This document shows positions 1-7,813 of a DNA stretch of 56,794 nucleotides, piece after piece. A program made the position numbers and the translations under genes. The DNA lies in IMG/VR virus record IMGVR_UViG_3300042862_000073, positions 1-56,794 of that record; one strand, written 5' to 3'. The first letter of the stretch is position 1, and each line of letters begins with the position of its first letter. A model generated the notes under the pieces. The model worked only from the letters and a program-made list of their open reading frames with translations. It did not search any database and was not told the origin of the DNA. The DNA is from a virus (lineage: Duplodnaviria; Caudoviricetes).

Positions 1-141
1 GCAAAGCAAATGATGAAGGAGCAACACGAAGAAACTTGGTTTAGTAGTAGAGTAGAAGATATGGGTGATGAATTTAAGGTGGAGCAAAAGTCATTTGAGG
101 ACTACTATAACGAAACTTACGGAGGTCAAGATGAAAACTAA
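1..141 (+). CDS. Hypothetical phage protein, 5' truncated
   Basis: Frame 1 open from window edge: AKQMMKEQ...EDYYNETYGGQDEN*; overlaps next start. Confidence 0.6.
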   Translation, partial: AKQMMKEQHEETWFSSRVEDMGDEFKVEQKSFEDYYNETYGGQDEN

Positions 142-301
142 AACGGTAGAAAGGCTCCTCAAGGAAATAGAGAATAGGCCCTGGCATCTTAAACTAAGGG
201 ACTGGTGGAACATTAAACGATGGGTATGGACCTGTAGAACTAGATTCATTTGGGATCTGAGTTATGAACGTAATATCTTTAGAAAAAAGAACAATGGCTG
301 A
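131..301 (+). CDS. Hypothetical protein
   Basis: ATG at 131 (MKTKTVERL...) overlaps upstream stop; preferred to the ORF-track start at 65. Confidence 0.6.
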   Translation: MKTKTVERLLKEIENRPWHLKLRDWWNIKRWVWTCRTRFIWDLSYERNIFRKKNNG

Positions 302-491
302 TATAAGTAAGTGCATAGGGACAGATTGTCCCCACAAAGAAAAGTGCTACCGATTTACAGCACCGGCTAACGAGTACGCCCAAGCCTATTTTACGGAGCC
401 GCCAATCAAGGAGGACGGAACCTGCGATATGTTCTGGGGAAAGACACAGACAGACATCCTCTCCCAACTCAAGGAGATTGTCAAGGGATAG
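294..491 (+). CDS. Small Cys-rich phage protein
   Basis: MADISKCIGTDCPHKEKCYRF...C pattern; ATG 294 overlaps previous stop. Confidence 0.7.
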   Translation: MADISKCIGTDCPHKEKCYRFTAPANEYAQAYFTEPPIKEDGTCDMFWGKTQTDILSQLKEIVKG

Positions 492-1372
492 CGTGACAAA
501 TCCTCACGCCTTCAAAAATTGTCAAGATATCGTTTTACCTTTTGGATTTTTTTGTCCTGCAAGTCAATGACTTTTCGTGACAAATACATAGGTAAAAATG
601 TTACCACACTATAGTATGGTATAACAGTCATTAACCCCAATTTCACAGGCTAATGCATAGTATATCATACTTTAATGTGGTTTAGGTAAAATGGCAAACC
701 TCTCCCTTATAAGGAGCATAGCCGCCTAATTTTATCCCTCTAATGACATCTTATGAGTTAGATGCTATAAACCACACCTGTCCGATATAAGCGGACAACC
801 AACAAAAGACAGTGTTCTCATTTACTGGCAAATGTTTGATTGTGGAAAATAATCCCCAGAACAGGCGATATAGTGGAAAATAATCAATAAAGCATACACC
901 TTTATCAATCATAGTGGAAATATCAGTTTCAAACTGACAAGGGTGATATAAAACGCCATTACTAAAAAATCACAAGAGTATTGGCGAAATATAGAATGCC
1001 AAACTCCGTAACAAAAACACGCCAAACTCGGAAGTTCTCCGAATTACCTGCATGAATTTTTCCACAATCCCCATGCGCCATTGTCAAGTTTATTACGCAA
1101 AAAACTAGACACAAGCACCTAGGGACAACTCGTCCCCACAGCAACACACAAATCCCACCTACACCCGAAAACACCATTAGGTCGACTCCAACAGGATGGT
1201 AGATTATACCTTAACGCTGTACGAAAATTATACATTAAAGCAGTCGGCTACAAAACGTAACCAGCTGGTTAGTCCCACTACCCACCTGCATCAACCGGAA
1301 ACAGCCCTCCACCTTAGAGTGTTCCACAGGCGTTCCACAAGCTAACACATTGGCAGTCAGTTACATAGCTTT

Positions 1373-1388
1373 TGTTCCACGTGGAACA
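1373..1388. promoter_or_regulatory. parS: parS site (perfect palindrome)
   Basis: TGTTCCACGTGGAACA matches the conserved chromosomal parS consensus TGTTNCACGTGNAACA. Confidence 0.85.
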
Positions 1389-1405
1389 TAAGAGTACAGG
1401 TCATG

Positions 1406-1421
1406 CGTTTCACGTGAAACA
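1406..1421. promoter_or_regulatory. parS: parS site
   Basis: CGTTTCACGTGAAACA, one mismatch to TGTTTCACGTGAAACA. Confidence 0.8.
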
Positions 1422-1566
1422 TACATACATAAGCGTGGAACATCTGATTTAGGAAAGAGGCAGAACGTAGTGTAATGGGGGTCTATATACCATGTACAGC
1501 GCGGTGCTGTGTTCCGATGTCGTTTTTTGCGAAAGGGGTGCACCTACATTTGCAATGTGAATTTCG

Positions 1567-1582
1567 TGTTTCACGTGAAACA
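1567..1582. promoter_or_regulatory. parS: parS site (perfect consensus)
   Basis: TGTTTCACGTGAAACA. Confidence 0.9.
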
Positions 1583-1635
1583 AAGCAGCTTCTGTATTCC
1601 TTATTAATATACCAATACGAAATTCGTTGCTGCCC

Positions 1636-1658
1636 TTATTTAGAATGCGTCTAAATAA
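1636..1658. promoter_or_regulatory. Fur-box-like palindrome 1
   Basis: TTATTTAGA-ATGCG-TCTAAATAA, perfect 9-bp inverted repeat resembling the ATTTAGAAnnnnTCTAAAT Fur box as I recall it for Flavobacteriia. Confidence 0.6.
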
Positions 1659-1699
1659 CAAGAACACTAGGATATATAAAATATATTTCGTAATACAAA

Positions 1700-1715
1700 A
1701 TTTCCACGTGAAAAG
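1700..1715. promoter_or_regulatory. Degenerate parS site
   Basis: ATTTCCACGTGAAAAG; 12-bp core kept, outer bases diverged. Confidence 0.5.
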
Positions 1716-1730
1716 CAAATGTGAACCGCT

Positions 1731-1749
1731 ATTTAGAACGAGTATAAAT
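1731..1749. promoter_or_regulatory. Fur-box-like palindrome 2
   Basis: ATTTAGAACGAGTATAAAT. Confidence 0.5.
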
Positions 1750-1836
1750 TAGCAGCAAATTTGCATATCCCAATTTAATTCCGTATACGTGCGCGCGCGC
1801 CTGTTTCCTTATATGCAAAGAGAGAATAGGGTGCTT

Positions 1837-1855
1837 ATGTAGAATGCTTCTAAAT
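1837..1855. promoter_or_regulatory. Fur-box-like palindrome 3
   Basis: ATGTAGAATGCTTCTAAAT. Confidence 0.55.
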
Positions 1856-1863
1856 AACACATT

Positions 1864-1876
1864 TAACCTATTGATA
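1864..1876 (-). promoter_or_regulatory. IHF-like site
   Basis: Reverse complement TATCAATAGGTTA fits WATCAANNNNTTR. Confidence 0.4.
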
Positions 1877-1919
1877 TTCAGTTACTTAAATAAAAGATGC
1901 AAAAATAATTGCAAAAAAA

Positions 1920-1952
1920 TTTGCATTCACCTCTTCGAATGACGTATGTTTG
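1920..1952 (+). promoter_or_regulatory. Bacteroidota sigma70 promoter (early)
   Basis: TTTG (1920) - 21 bp - TATGTTTG (1945), the -33/-7 consensus, with A-tracts upstream. Confidence 0.75.
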
Positions 1953-2109
1953 CAGTGTCAATCAATTACAGCAACGGCAGTAAGAGTGACAGCGAAAAAA
2001 GTTCATTAAGAAAAAAGGGCATATCTCCTAATGGGATAACTACGCCCTGGTGGTGACCACACGTTAAACGGAGCTTAATGGGATAACTATGTACTAAATA
2101 TAAATAACT

Positions 2110-2313
2110 ATGGAAATTCAAGATTCGTCCTCGGTGTACTATTCTATGCCCGATGCAAGAAAACAGGTGTTCAAAGTAGGTCGTGTCACACGATGTGCTA
2201 AAAAGGTATGGGTGCAAGATAAACGCGACCAAGTGTTTAATGGGGTTTGCCGCATTATTCAACAGGGGGAACGTGCACAATTGCAGCGCGACACTAGACG
2301 GGCGAAGCGTTAG
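2110..2313 (+). CDS. Hypothetical early protein
   Basis: A-rich leader AAATAACTATG; first ORF after the promoter. Confidence 0.5.
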   Translation: MEIQDSSSVYYSMPDARKQVFKVGRVTRCAKKVWVQDKRDQVFNGVCRIIQQGERAQLQRDTRRAKR

Positions 2314-2332
2314 AATACGGAACGGCAACGGC

Positions 2333-2348
2333 TGTTCCACGTGAAACA
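2333..2348. promoter_or_regulatory. parS: parS site
   Basis: TGTTCCACGTGAAACA. Confidence 0.85.
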
Positions 2349-2401
2349 TTATTAGCATAGTGGTGACCACACTATAAACGGACAGACGGAAAGTACACAC
2401 A

Positions 2402-2417
2402 TGTTCCACGTGAAACA
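2402..2417. promoter_or_regulatory. parS: parS site
   Basis: TGTTCCACGTGAAACA. Confidence 0.85.
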
Positions 2418-2495
2418 TTGGTGCAAGGTACAACCTCGTGAAAGCCGAGGTCATGTAATATGCTACGCTCAAACCAATTAAATTTTACGTGCTTT

Positions 2496-2837
2496 ATGGA
2501 AAAGAATGTATCCTTTGTACTTACGCAAGAGAATGACTCTGCGTTTTATCTTCGTGGCGGCTTCGAATTTTCGGGGTCGGTAGAAGATGCATCTAGCGAA
2601 ATGACGTTTCGCGTTATCAAGTTTATGGAACGTGTCAAGAAGTTCCGTATGAAAACCAATTTCAAGTTCGGTAAAAAGTTCACCATCGATATGACTATTG
2701 ACGGGAAAACCTACCGAAGCACCGACCTGTACTTCGCCTTCGATGATTCGGGCAAGGATTGTAATGGGGCAATAACTCTCTCTATGAAACGCTCTACTAT
2801 CTTTATGGATTTAGTGCAAGAAATGATTGAGGCATAA
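2496..2837 (+). CDS. Hypothetical early protein
   Basis: Likely start MEKNVSF at 2496; followed by a terminator. Confidence 0.7.
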   Translation: MEKNVSFVLTQENDSAFYLRGGFEFSGSVEDASSEMTFRVIKFMERVKKFRMKTNFKFGKKFTIDMTIDGKTYRSTDLYFAFDDSGKDCNGAITLSMKRSTIFMDLVQEMIEA

Positions 2838-2861
2838 TTCGGCGGCTATTCAAATTTCAAT

Positions 2862-2882
2862 GGGGCTTCGTGCCCCTTTTTC
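2862..2882 (+). terminator. Rho-independent terminator
   Basis: GGGGC-TTCGT-GCCCC-TTTTTT. Confidence 0.75.
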
Positions 2883-2919
2883 TATTCAATCAAGTAAAAC
2901 CAATAAATAAATAAACAAC

Positions 2920-3123
2920 ATGGACAAGATCCTAAAACCCTTCATTGTGTTCATCACACATTGCGCTTTGTACAGTGCAACCTACATCACGGCATGTGCA
3001 CTCATTGCCCTAACATTCTGGACTAACTATGTTCAGATAGTACAGCACCCTGCGGCTATTGTCGCTATACTTATCACCGTGCTTTGTCACCTTACATTAA
3101 CCCTTTCAAATTCTAAACTATGA
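2920..3123 (+). CDS. Small membrane protein
   Basis: Two hydrophobic segments; AAACAACATG start context. Confidence 0.65.
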   Translation: MDKILKPFIVFITHCALYSATYITACALIALTFWTNYVQIVQHPAAIVAILITVLCHLTLTLSNSKL

Positions 3124-3284
3124 AAAGAAGTAATGCCCTAGTGCTGCTATACTTTGCAGCTATGTTATTGGCGGCTTCGATGGTGTCGTGTTCATCAAGT
3201 CAACACGGCTACGACTACAAGTCACATCAGAAGCGAAGCGGACACGGTCCAAGCAAGTGTTATGAAAAGCATAATAAATGGTAA
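3120..3284 (+). CDS. Small putative lipoprotein (54 aa, not in ORF track)
   Basis: MKRSNALVLLYFAAMLLAASMVSC signal with lipobox; ATGA overlap with previous gene. Confidence 0.65.
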   Translation: MKRSNALVLLYFAAMLLAASMVSCSSSQHGYDYKSHQKRSGHGPSKCYEKHNKW

Positions 3285-3302
3285 CCAATACAAATAAATA
3301 TC

Positions 3303-4532
3303 ATGTCAGAAAACAATTCAAACGTGCAGGTTGAAGATCTAGTAGACCTGTACAATGGCGAAGTAGCACTACGTAGCGAGTGCTTCATGTTTACAATCGG
3401 TCAATACGATGACCAATGGTATCACAAGGACGATGAGGGTGTCCTCACCATGACTTCGGGTGCTGTATGTCACACGGATGATGAAGATGATGTAAACCAC
3501 ACTACCTGCGGTGACTCCTTCCATAACGATGAGCAGGGCGACTGCGATATTGTATGGTGTGAGTATGACGACCTATACGCCTATGAAAATGACTGCGAGT
3601 ACGGTTATATCAATCGACGTACCGAAGGCTACTTCCTACGTGATGACAATGACTATGTAGAGTGTGACGGCACCTACTACCGTAACGATGATGTAGCTAA
3701 CTTCAACGACGTCTACTACTACGATTCAGTCAACGAGTACCGACACATTGACGATGCACCTGCTGATGATGATGACGAAGATGACGATACATATCTAGCG
3801 CAGTATCACAGCGGTGACCGAGCATGGCGTGTAGACAAGACTACTCCGTGGACAATGGGCTTCGAGGTCGAGAAGGAGGACAGGGATATACGTAATTCAT
3901 GCTTCCATGATGACCTACCTAACGATTGGACCAAAGAACGTGACGGCTCACTCTCAGATAGCTCTGGCTTTGAGCTTATCTCTCCTGTGTATAATCTCTT
4001 TGACAGGCTACACGAAGATGATATTGCGGCTTCGAGTTTGTTACGTAACCACATCAACGCCAAGCACAGCAAGTCATGCGGTGGTCACATTCATATCGGC
4101 AGTAAGTTGTATACAACCGAGCAATTGTTCCAGGGTATTAGCGGCTTCCTTCCTGTACTATACTCCCTGTATGAGAGTAGGGTTGATGTCACCTACTGCA
4201 AGGCTAAAAAGAAACACGAGTATCTCAACCGAGATAAGTACTCAGCCGTGTATGTGCGTGACACTACGGTAGAGTTTCGTATCTTCCCTGCGGTCAAGTC
4301 GGTAGACAATCTCAAATGGCGCATCGACCTGCTACGTATCATGGTACGCAACTTCGGTAAGTCAGAGCGTGACATACTGACTATGCTGTGTGACCGCAAA
4401 TCTATTCTTCATGAGCATCTGCTCAAGGTTATTGATGCAGACAAGATGCTGCAGAAGGTAGCCCTATTCGTCAAGTACTCGTCCATCTACAACGATACTA
4501 ACCTAGACGATCAATCAACTGATATTAACTAA
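3303..4532 (+). CDS. Putative amidoligase (COOH-NH2 ligase type 2) with acidic N-terminal extension
   Basis: GFEVEKE, ERDGSL, GFELISP, SCGGHIHIG and TVEFRIF motifs. Confidence 0.8.
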   Translation: MSENNSNVQVEDLVDLYNGEVALRSECFMFTIGQYDDQWYHKDDEGVLTMTSGAVCHTDDEDDVNHTTCGDSFHNDEQGDCDIVWCEYDDLYAYENDCEYGYINRRTEGYFLRDDNDYVECDGTYYRNDDVANFNDVYYYDSVNEYRHIDDAPADDDDEDDDTYLAQYHSGDRAWRVDKTTPWTMGFEVEKEDRDIRNSCFHDDLPNDWTKERDGSLSDSSGFELISPVYNLFDRLHEDDIAASSLLRNHINAKHSKSCGGHIHIGSKLYTTEQLFQGISGFLPVLYSLYESRVDVTYCKAKKKHEYLNRDKYSAVYVRDTTVEFRIFPAVKSVDNLKWRIDLLRIMVRNFGKSERDILTMLCDRKSILHEHLLKVIDADKMLQKVALFVKYSSIYNDTNLDDQSTDIN

Positions 4533-4546
4533 TAATTTACAAGACT

Positions 4547-5434
4547 ATGTGTATAGCAATCTTAAACCCTAATAACGTAACCCTTAAAAAGAAGGTCCTC
4601 AAGACCTGTTGGGAAAATAATACTGACGGAGCAGGTATGCTCTATCTAGCAGACGGCAAGTTAACTACTCATAAGGAGATGACTAACTTCGATTCATTCT
4701 ATGACCACTACTCTAATGTGCGTAAGCAATACAAGACTAGTCAAGTAGTCATACACTTTCGTATCTCTACTCATGGTAAGGTCAATCTAACTAACTGTCA
4801 CCCCTTTATTGTTAATGACAAGTGGGGATTTGTACATAATGGTATTATCTCGGCGGCTCCGAAGAACGAGGAATTTAGCGACACGTATATGTTCAACCGC
4901 GAGATACTACAAAAGCTACCTACCGACTGGATACATAACGATGCTATCTATGACCTCGTGCAGGAATATATCGGCAGCTCTAAGCTATTGTTCCTTAACA
5001 CCAACAACGAGGCATTCATTGTCAATGAGGATTGGGGTGTGTGGGACTTAGGCTGTTGGTTCAGTAACTCTACCTACAAGGCATCACGCTACTATGACTA
5101 CGGTGGTACTAAGGTCTACAAGGGTACGAGTGCGGCAGCGCCCACTATCACGCCTTCCCTCCCCACAGGCAAGTGGGATTCGTGGGACGATGATGATGTA
5201 GACACGTGGAACGATAGCTTCGACTACAAGTGGAACGCAACCACAGGAAAGTATGACCGTGTAACTGTAGAAAAGGAGGAGGAGTACACATCTAATCCGT
5301 GGGACACTAAAGACGAGCCTACCTACGATGACCGATGTGAGTCATGTATGGAAGATAAGGAATGCCGGTATGACTACGGCTACGATTGTAGTGTGTGCAA
5401 GGAGTGTGCAGATAGTATTCACCAACCATTCTAA
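4547..5434 (+). CDS. Class II (Ntn) glutamine amidotransferase
   Basis: N-terminal MC nucleophile, NxDGAG, HFRISTHG, NCHPF, HNG, SDT motifs; acidic tail ending in CxxC..CxxC. Confidence 0.88.
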   Translation: MCIAILNPNNVTLKKKVLKTCWENNTDGAGMLYLADGKLTTHKEMTNFDSFYDHYSNVRKQYKTSQVVIHFRISTHGKVNLTNCHPFIVNDKWGFVHNGIISAAPKNEEFSDTYMFNREILQKLPTDWIHNDAIYDLVQEYIGSSKLLFLNTNNEAFIVNEDWGVWDLGCWFSNSTYKASRYYDYGGTKVYKGTSAAAPTITPSLPTGKWDSWDDDDVDTWNDSFDYKWNATTGKYDRVTVEKEEEYTSNPWDTKDEPTYDDRCESCMEDKECRYDYGYDCSVCKECADSIHQPF

Positions 5435-5438
5435 TGAT

Positions 5439-5720
5439 ATGACACGATACGAATACTTTGAAAAGTGGATGACCACCGATGAGTGGCGTACATGGAAACA
5501 GTTATGTGTATCTAGATTTAGACAGATACACACCCTTAACACAAGGCAAGCCAGGGTGAAAAGACGCGAATATCTAATGCAGGAAGTAAACTTCCCGAAT
5601 GATGCAGCCGCAACAAATGATTTCGACACCATGACTAATATGTACATGCTATGGAGTAGTACACCTCAAGGTCATTCACATTGGAATCGATTAAACAGCA
5701 GAACAGGACCAATACGATGA
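5439..5720 (+). CDS. Hypothetical protein
   Basis: Start MTRYEY just after previous stop; WSSTPQGHSHW motif. Confidence 0.6.
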   Translation: MTRYEYFEKWMTTDEWRTWKQLCVSRFRQIHTLNTRQARVKRREYLMQEVNFPNDAAATNDFDTMTNMYMLWSSTPQGHSHWNRLNSRTGPIR

Positions 5721-6013
5721 AGATACAACAATTAGGTTTCAATCAAACCGTCCTTGCGACAACGTCGTGGGGTAAACAATTAGCCATTGAGCAGACATGT
5801 ATATGTGATATATACCTGCTCTCTGGCACTCCATTAAGTGGACATATGTATGTTGAGATGAACATACATAATGGTGAGGTTAAAGACATAGGGCTATACA
5901 CAAAAGATGGGACGCTGTTAGATTTTGACGGCGTTCCATTTTTGCCTCCTAGCCTAGTCGACCATCTAATTTACATAGGTATTAACTGCGATAAACTAAA
6001 ACAAACAACATGA
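5717..6013 (+). CDS. Hypothetical protein
   Basis: ATGA-coupled start MKIQQ. Confidence 0.6.
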   Translation: MKIQQLGFNQTVLATTSWGKQLAIEQTCICDIYLLSGTPLSGHMYVEMNIHNGEVKDIGLYTKDGTLLDFDGVPFLPPSLVDHLIYIGINCDKLKQTT

Positions 6014-6360
6014 GTACAGATAGATTTACTTTAGACATCGGAAGGATTGCTGAGAAGTTCGGCATGGACTATAAGGGAGAAGCCTACTTCCATGATGAAA
6101 ACTTTCTTAACAATCATAAACTTCCTTGCTATGTACCACTAAATACTGAAGATGTGTATGATATATACAGTCGAAATGATATAGATATGCAGGTTCGTGA
6201 GTGGTTAGATAGAGAGGATACAAAGGAGTATCTTTTAGAATCATATGACGGTGTTATGCCTGTAATTGACGAAGATTTTATTAGCAATTGGGTAGTGAAT
6301 GTATACCAGAATGTATCGTGGCAACACCCTTCAACGTATTTACAAGATCAACTAACATAA
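6010..6360 (+). CDS. Hypothetical acidic protein
   Basis: Coupled ORF with AAACAACATG start context. Confidence 0.7.
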   Translation: MSTDRFTLDIGRIAEKFGMDYKGEAYFHDENFLNNHKLPCYVPLNTEDVYDIYSRNDIDMQVREWLDREDTKEYLLESYDGVMPVIDEDFISNWVVNVYQNVSWQHPSTYLQDQLT

Positions 6361-6370
6361 AATAAACAAC

Positions 6371-6580
6371 ATGAAAGAACTTTTTGAAACAGACTACGTT
6401 ATTTATGACGAGGAATATGACCACGTTATTCAATTTTCAAATGGGGATATTGTACTATTTGGAACAAAGAACGAAGCTGAAGAAGATTCCCGTGGTATTG
6501 CATCGGGCAATCGAGTTGTAAGCTGCACTGACCTGCCTGACTATTGGAAGCAAATTATATTAACTCAAATAAATAAATAA
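6371..6580 (+). CDS. Hypothetical protein
   Basis: AAACAACATG start context, operon position. Confidence 0.65.
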   Translation: MKELFETDYVIYDEEYDHVIQFSNGDIVLFGTKNEAEEDSRGIASGNRVVSCTDLPDYWKQIILTQINK

Positions 6581-6590
6581 AACAAACAAC

Positions 6591-6830
6591 ATGAAAAAAG
6601 TATTAATGATTATGGCGCTAGCAATTGGATTGACTAGCTGCGAAAAGGAAACAAGTAAGCCGTGCAACTGCGGTACAATTACTAACGATGGTATCAATGG
6701 TAGCTGCTATTGGCTAGAGATTGAGAACGATTGCTCTGGCAATAAGAAAACATTCTGCTTCGATCAGAGTGTGTGGATGTCAGCCTATGTAGGCAGTAAC
6801 TTTTGTGTAACTAATCAAAACCAATGGTAA
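6591..6830 (+). CDS. Cys-rich putative lipoprotein
   Basis: MKK, hydrophobic stretch, LTSC lipobox, then CEKE; six further Cys. Confidence 0.75.
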   Translation: MKKVLMIMALAIGLTSCEKETSKPCNCGTITNDGINGSCYWLEIENDCSGNKKTFCFDQSVWMSAYVGSNFCVTNQNQW

Positions 6831-6831
6831 T

Positions 6832-7056
6832 ATGAGCAACATTCCATATCAAGAAGTTATCGAAGGCAATCTAAAAGCCGAGAAGGATACAGGAGATTTC
6901 GGTGGTCCAAATCAATGGCGCCTACACGTAAAAACTAATCAAGGTAGGTGGGAATCAGTACAATGGATGAATGTCCATAGTATTCAACGCTTCTTCAGCG
7001 CCAAGCTACCTGTGTATCAAGAAATAAGTTCAACCAAATACCAATTAGAAAGATGA
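6832..7056 (+). CDS. Hypothetical protein
   Basis: Tightly packed ORF. Confidence 0.6.
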   Translation: MSNIPYQEVIEGNLKAEKDTGDFGGPNQWRLHVKTNQGRWESVQWMNVHSIQRFFSAKLPVYQEISSTKYQLER

Positions 7057-7316
7057 GCAAACAAGAAGTAGAGGACCAAATCAGAAACTTCATCGAGTAC
7101 TACACCTCCAATGAGGAGGAGGGTATCAGAATGTTTAACACTCTTGATGACTACATGAACGAAGTGTATACCACATGGTATGAACTTAATGCAATCGTTA
7201 CCGGTGCAGAGCTTTCCGAATTGACACGAGCTGTAAATGCAGGAGAGTTCAACGGCCATAAGAGTATGGAGACTATATACAAGATAACTAACGGTATAAC
7301 AAAACAAATAAAGTAA
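7053..7316 (+). CDS. Hypothetical protein
   Basis: ATGA-coupled ORF. Confidence 0.65.
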   Translation: MSKQEVEDQIRNFIEYYTSNEEEGIRMFNTLDDYMNEVYTTWYELNAIVTGAELSELTRAVNAGEFNGHKSMETIYKITNGITKQIK

Positions 7317-7813
7317 TGGCTAATTGGTGCGGCAATAATGTTATATTCTCAGGAGAGAATGTAGACAAGGTGGATGAACTATTCACTAAGCTTATGAAAC
7401 AACAGGACATTGACAATCTTGGTATACGCCCCGATTGGGAGGCATGCAAGAAGAATGACGCCATGTATATGTTCTACATAGATAAACACGATTCAGGTTC
7501 CTATAGGTTTGAAACTAAGTGGGCTCCTGCTATCAATACTATCTTTCTTATAGGGCGGCGTTTCAAAGTTGCCTTCGAAATGGAATGGGATGAATGCGGC
7601 ATGGGACTATACGGCAAGATGATGTTCAACCCTGATATGCCTGATGTCGTAATGATGGCTGATGCTTCAGGTACTAACTTCCGATATGACGAAGAGAAGG
7701 ATAAATACATCTATAACGGTGAGGAGTATGAATCTAAGTATGACTTCCTGGACGGTGTCATTGACACCACTCCACTATCACCCATTAGTAAAGACCAAAT
7801 ACTAATAACATGA
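7316..7813 (+). CDS. DUF1281/YubB ferredoxin-like fold protein
   Basis: MANWCxN start, FETKWAP and ExGMGxxG motifs. Confidence 0.7.
   Translation: MANWCGNNVIFSGENVDKVDELFTKLMKQQDIDNLGIRPDWEACKKNDAMYMFYIDKHDSGSYRFETKWAPAINTIFLIGRRFKVAFEMEWDECGMGLYGKMMFNPDMPDVVMMADASGTNFRYDEEKDKYIYNGEEYESKYDFLDGVIDTTPLSPISKDQILIT

Noticed and set aside
1373-2417. Palindromic repeats as a CRISPR array
   Set aside because: Repeats are only 16 bp, spacing is irregular (17 bp to over 600 bp) and no cas genes are present
962-2472. Minus-strand ORFs 962-1177, 1361-1543, 1449-1718 and 1966-2472, several with repeated MFHVEH/FHVKH/VSRET/VPRGT peptides
   Set aside because: The repeated peptides are translations of the parS palindrome; the ORFs have poor start contexts and oppose local transcription
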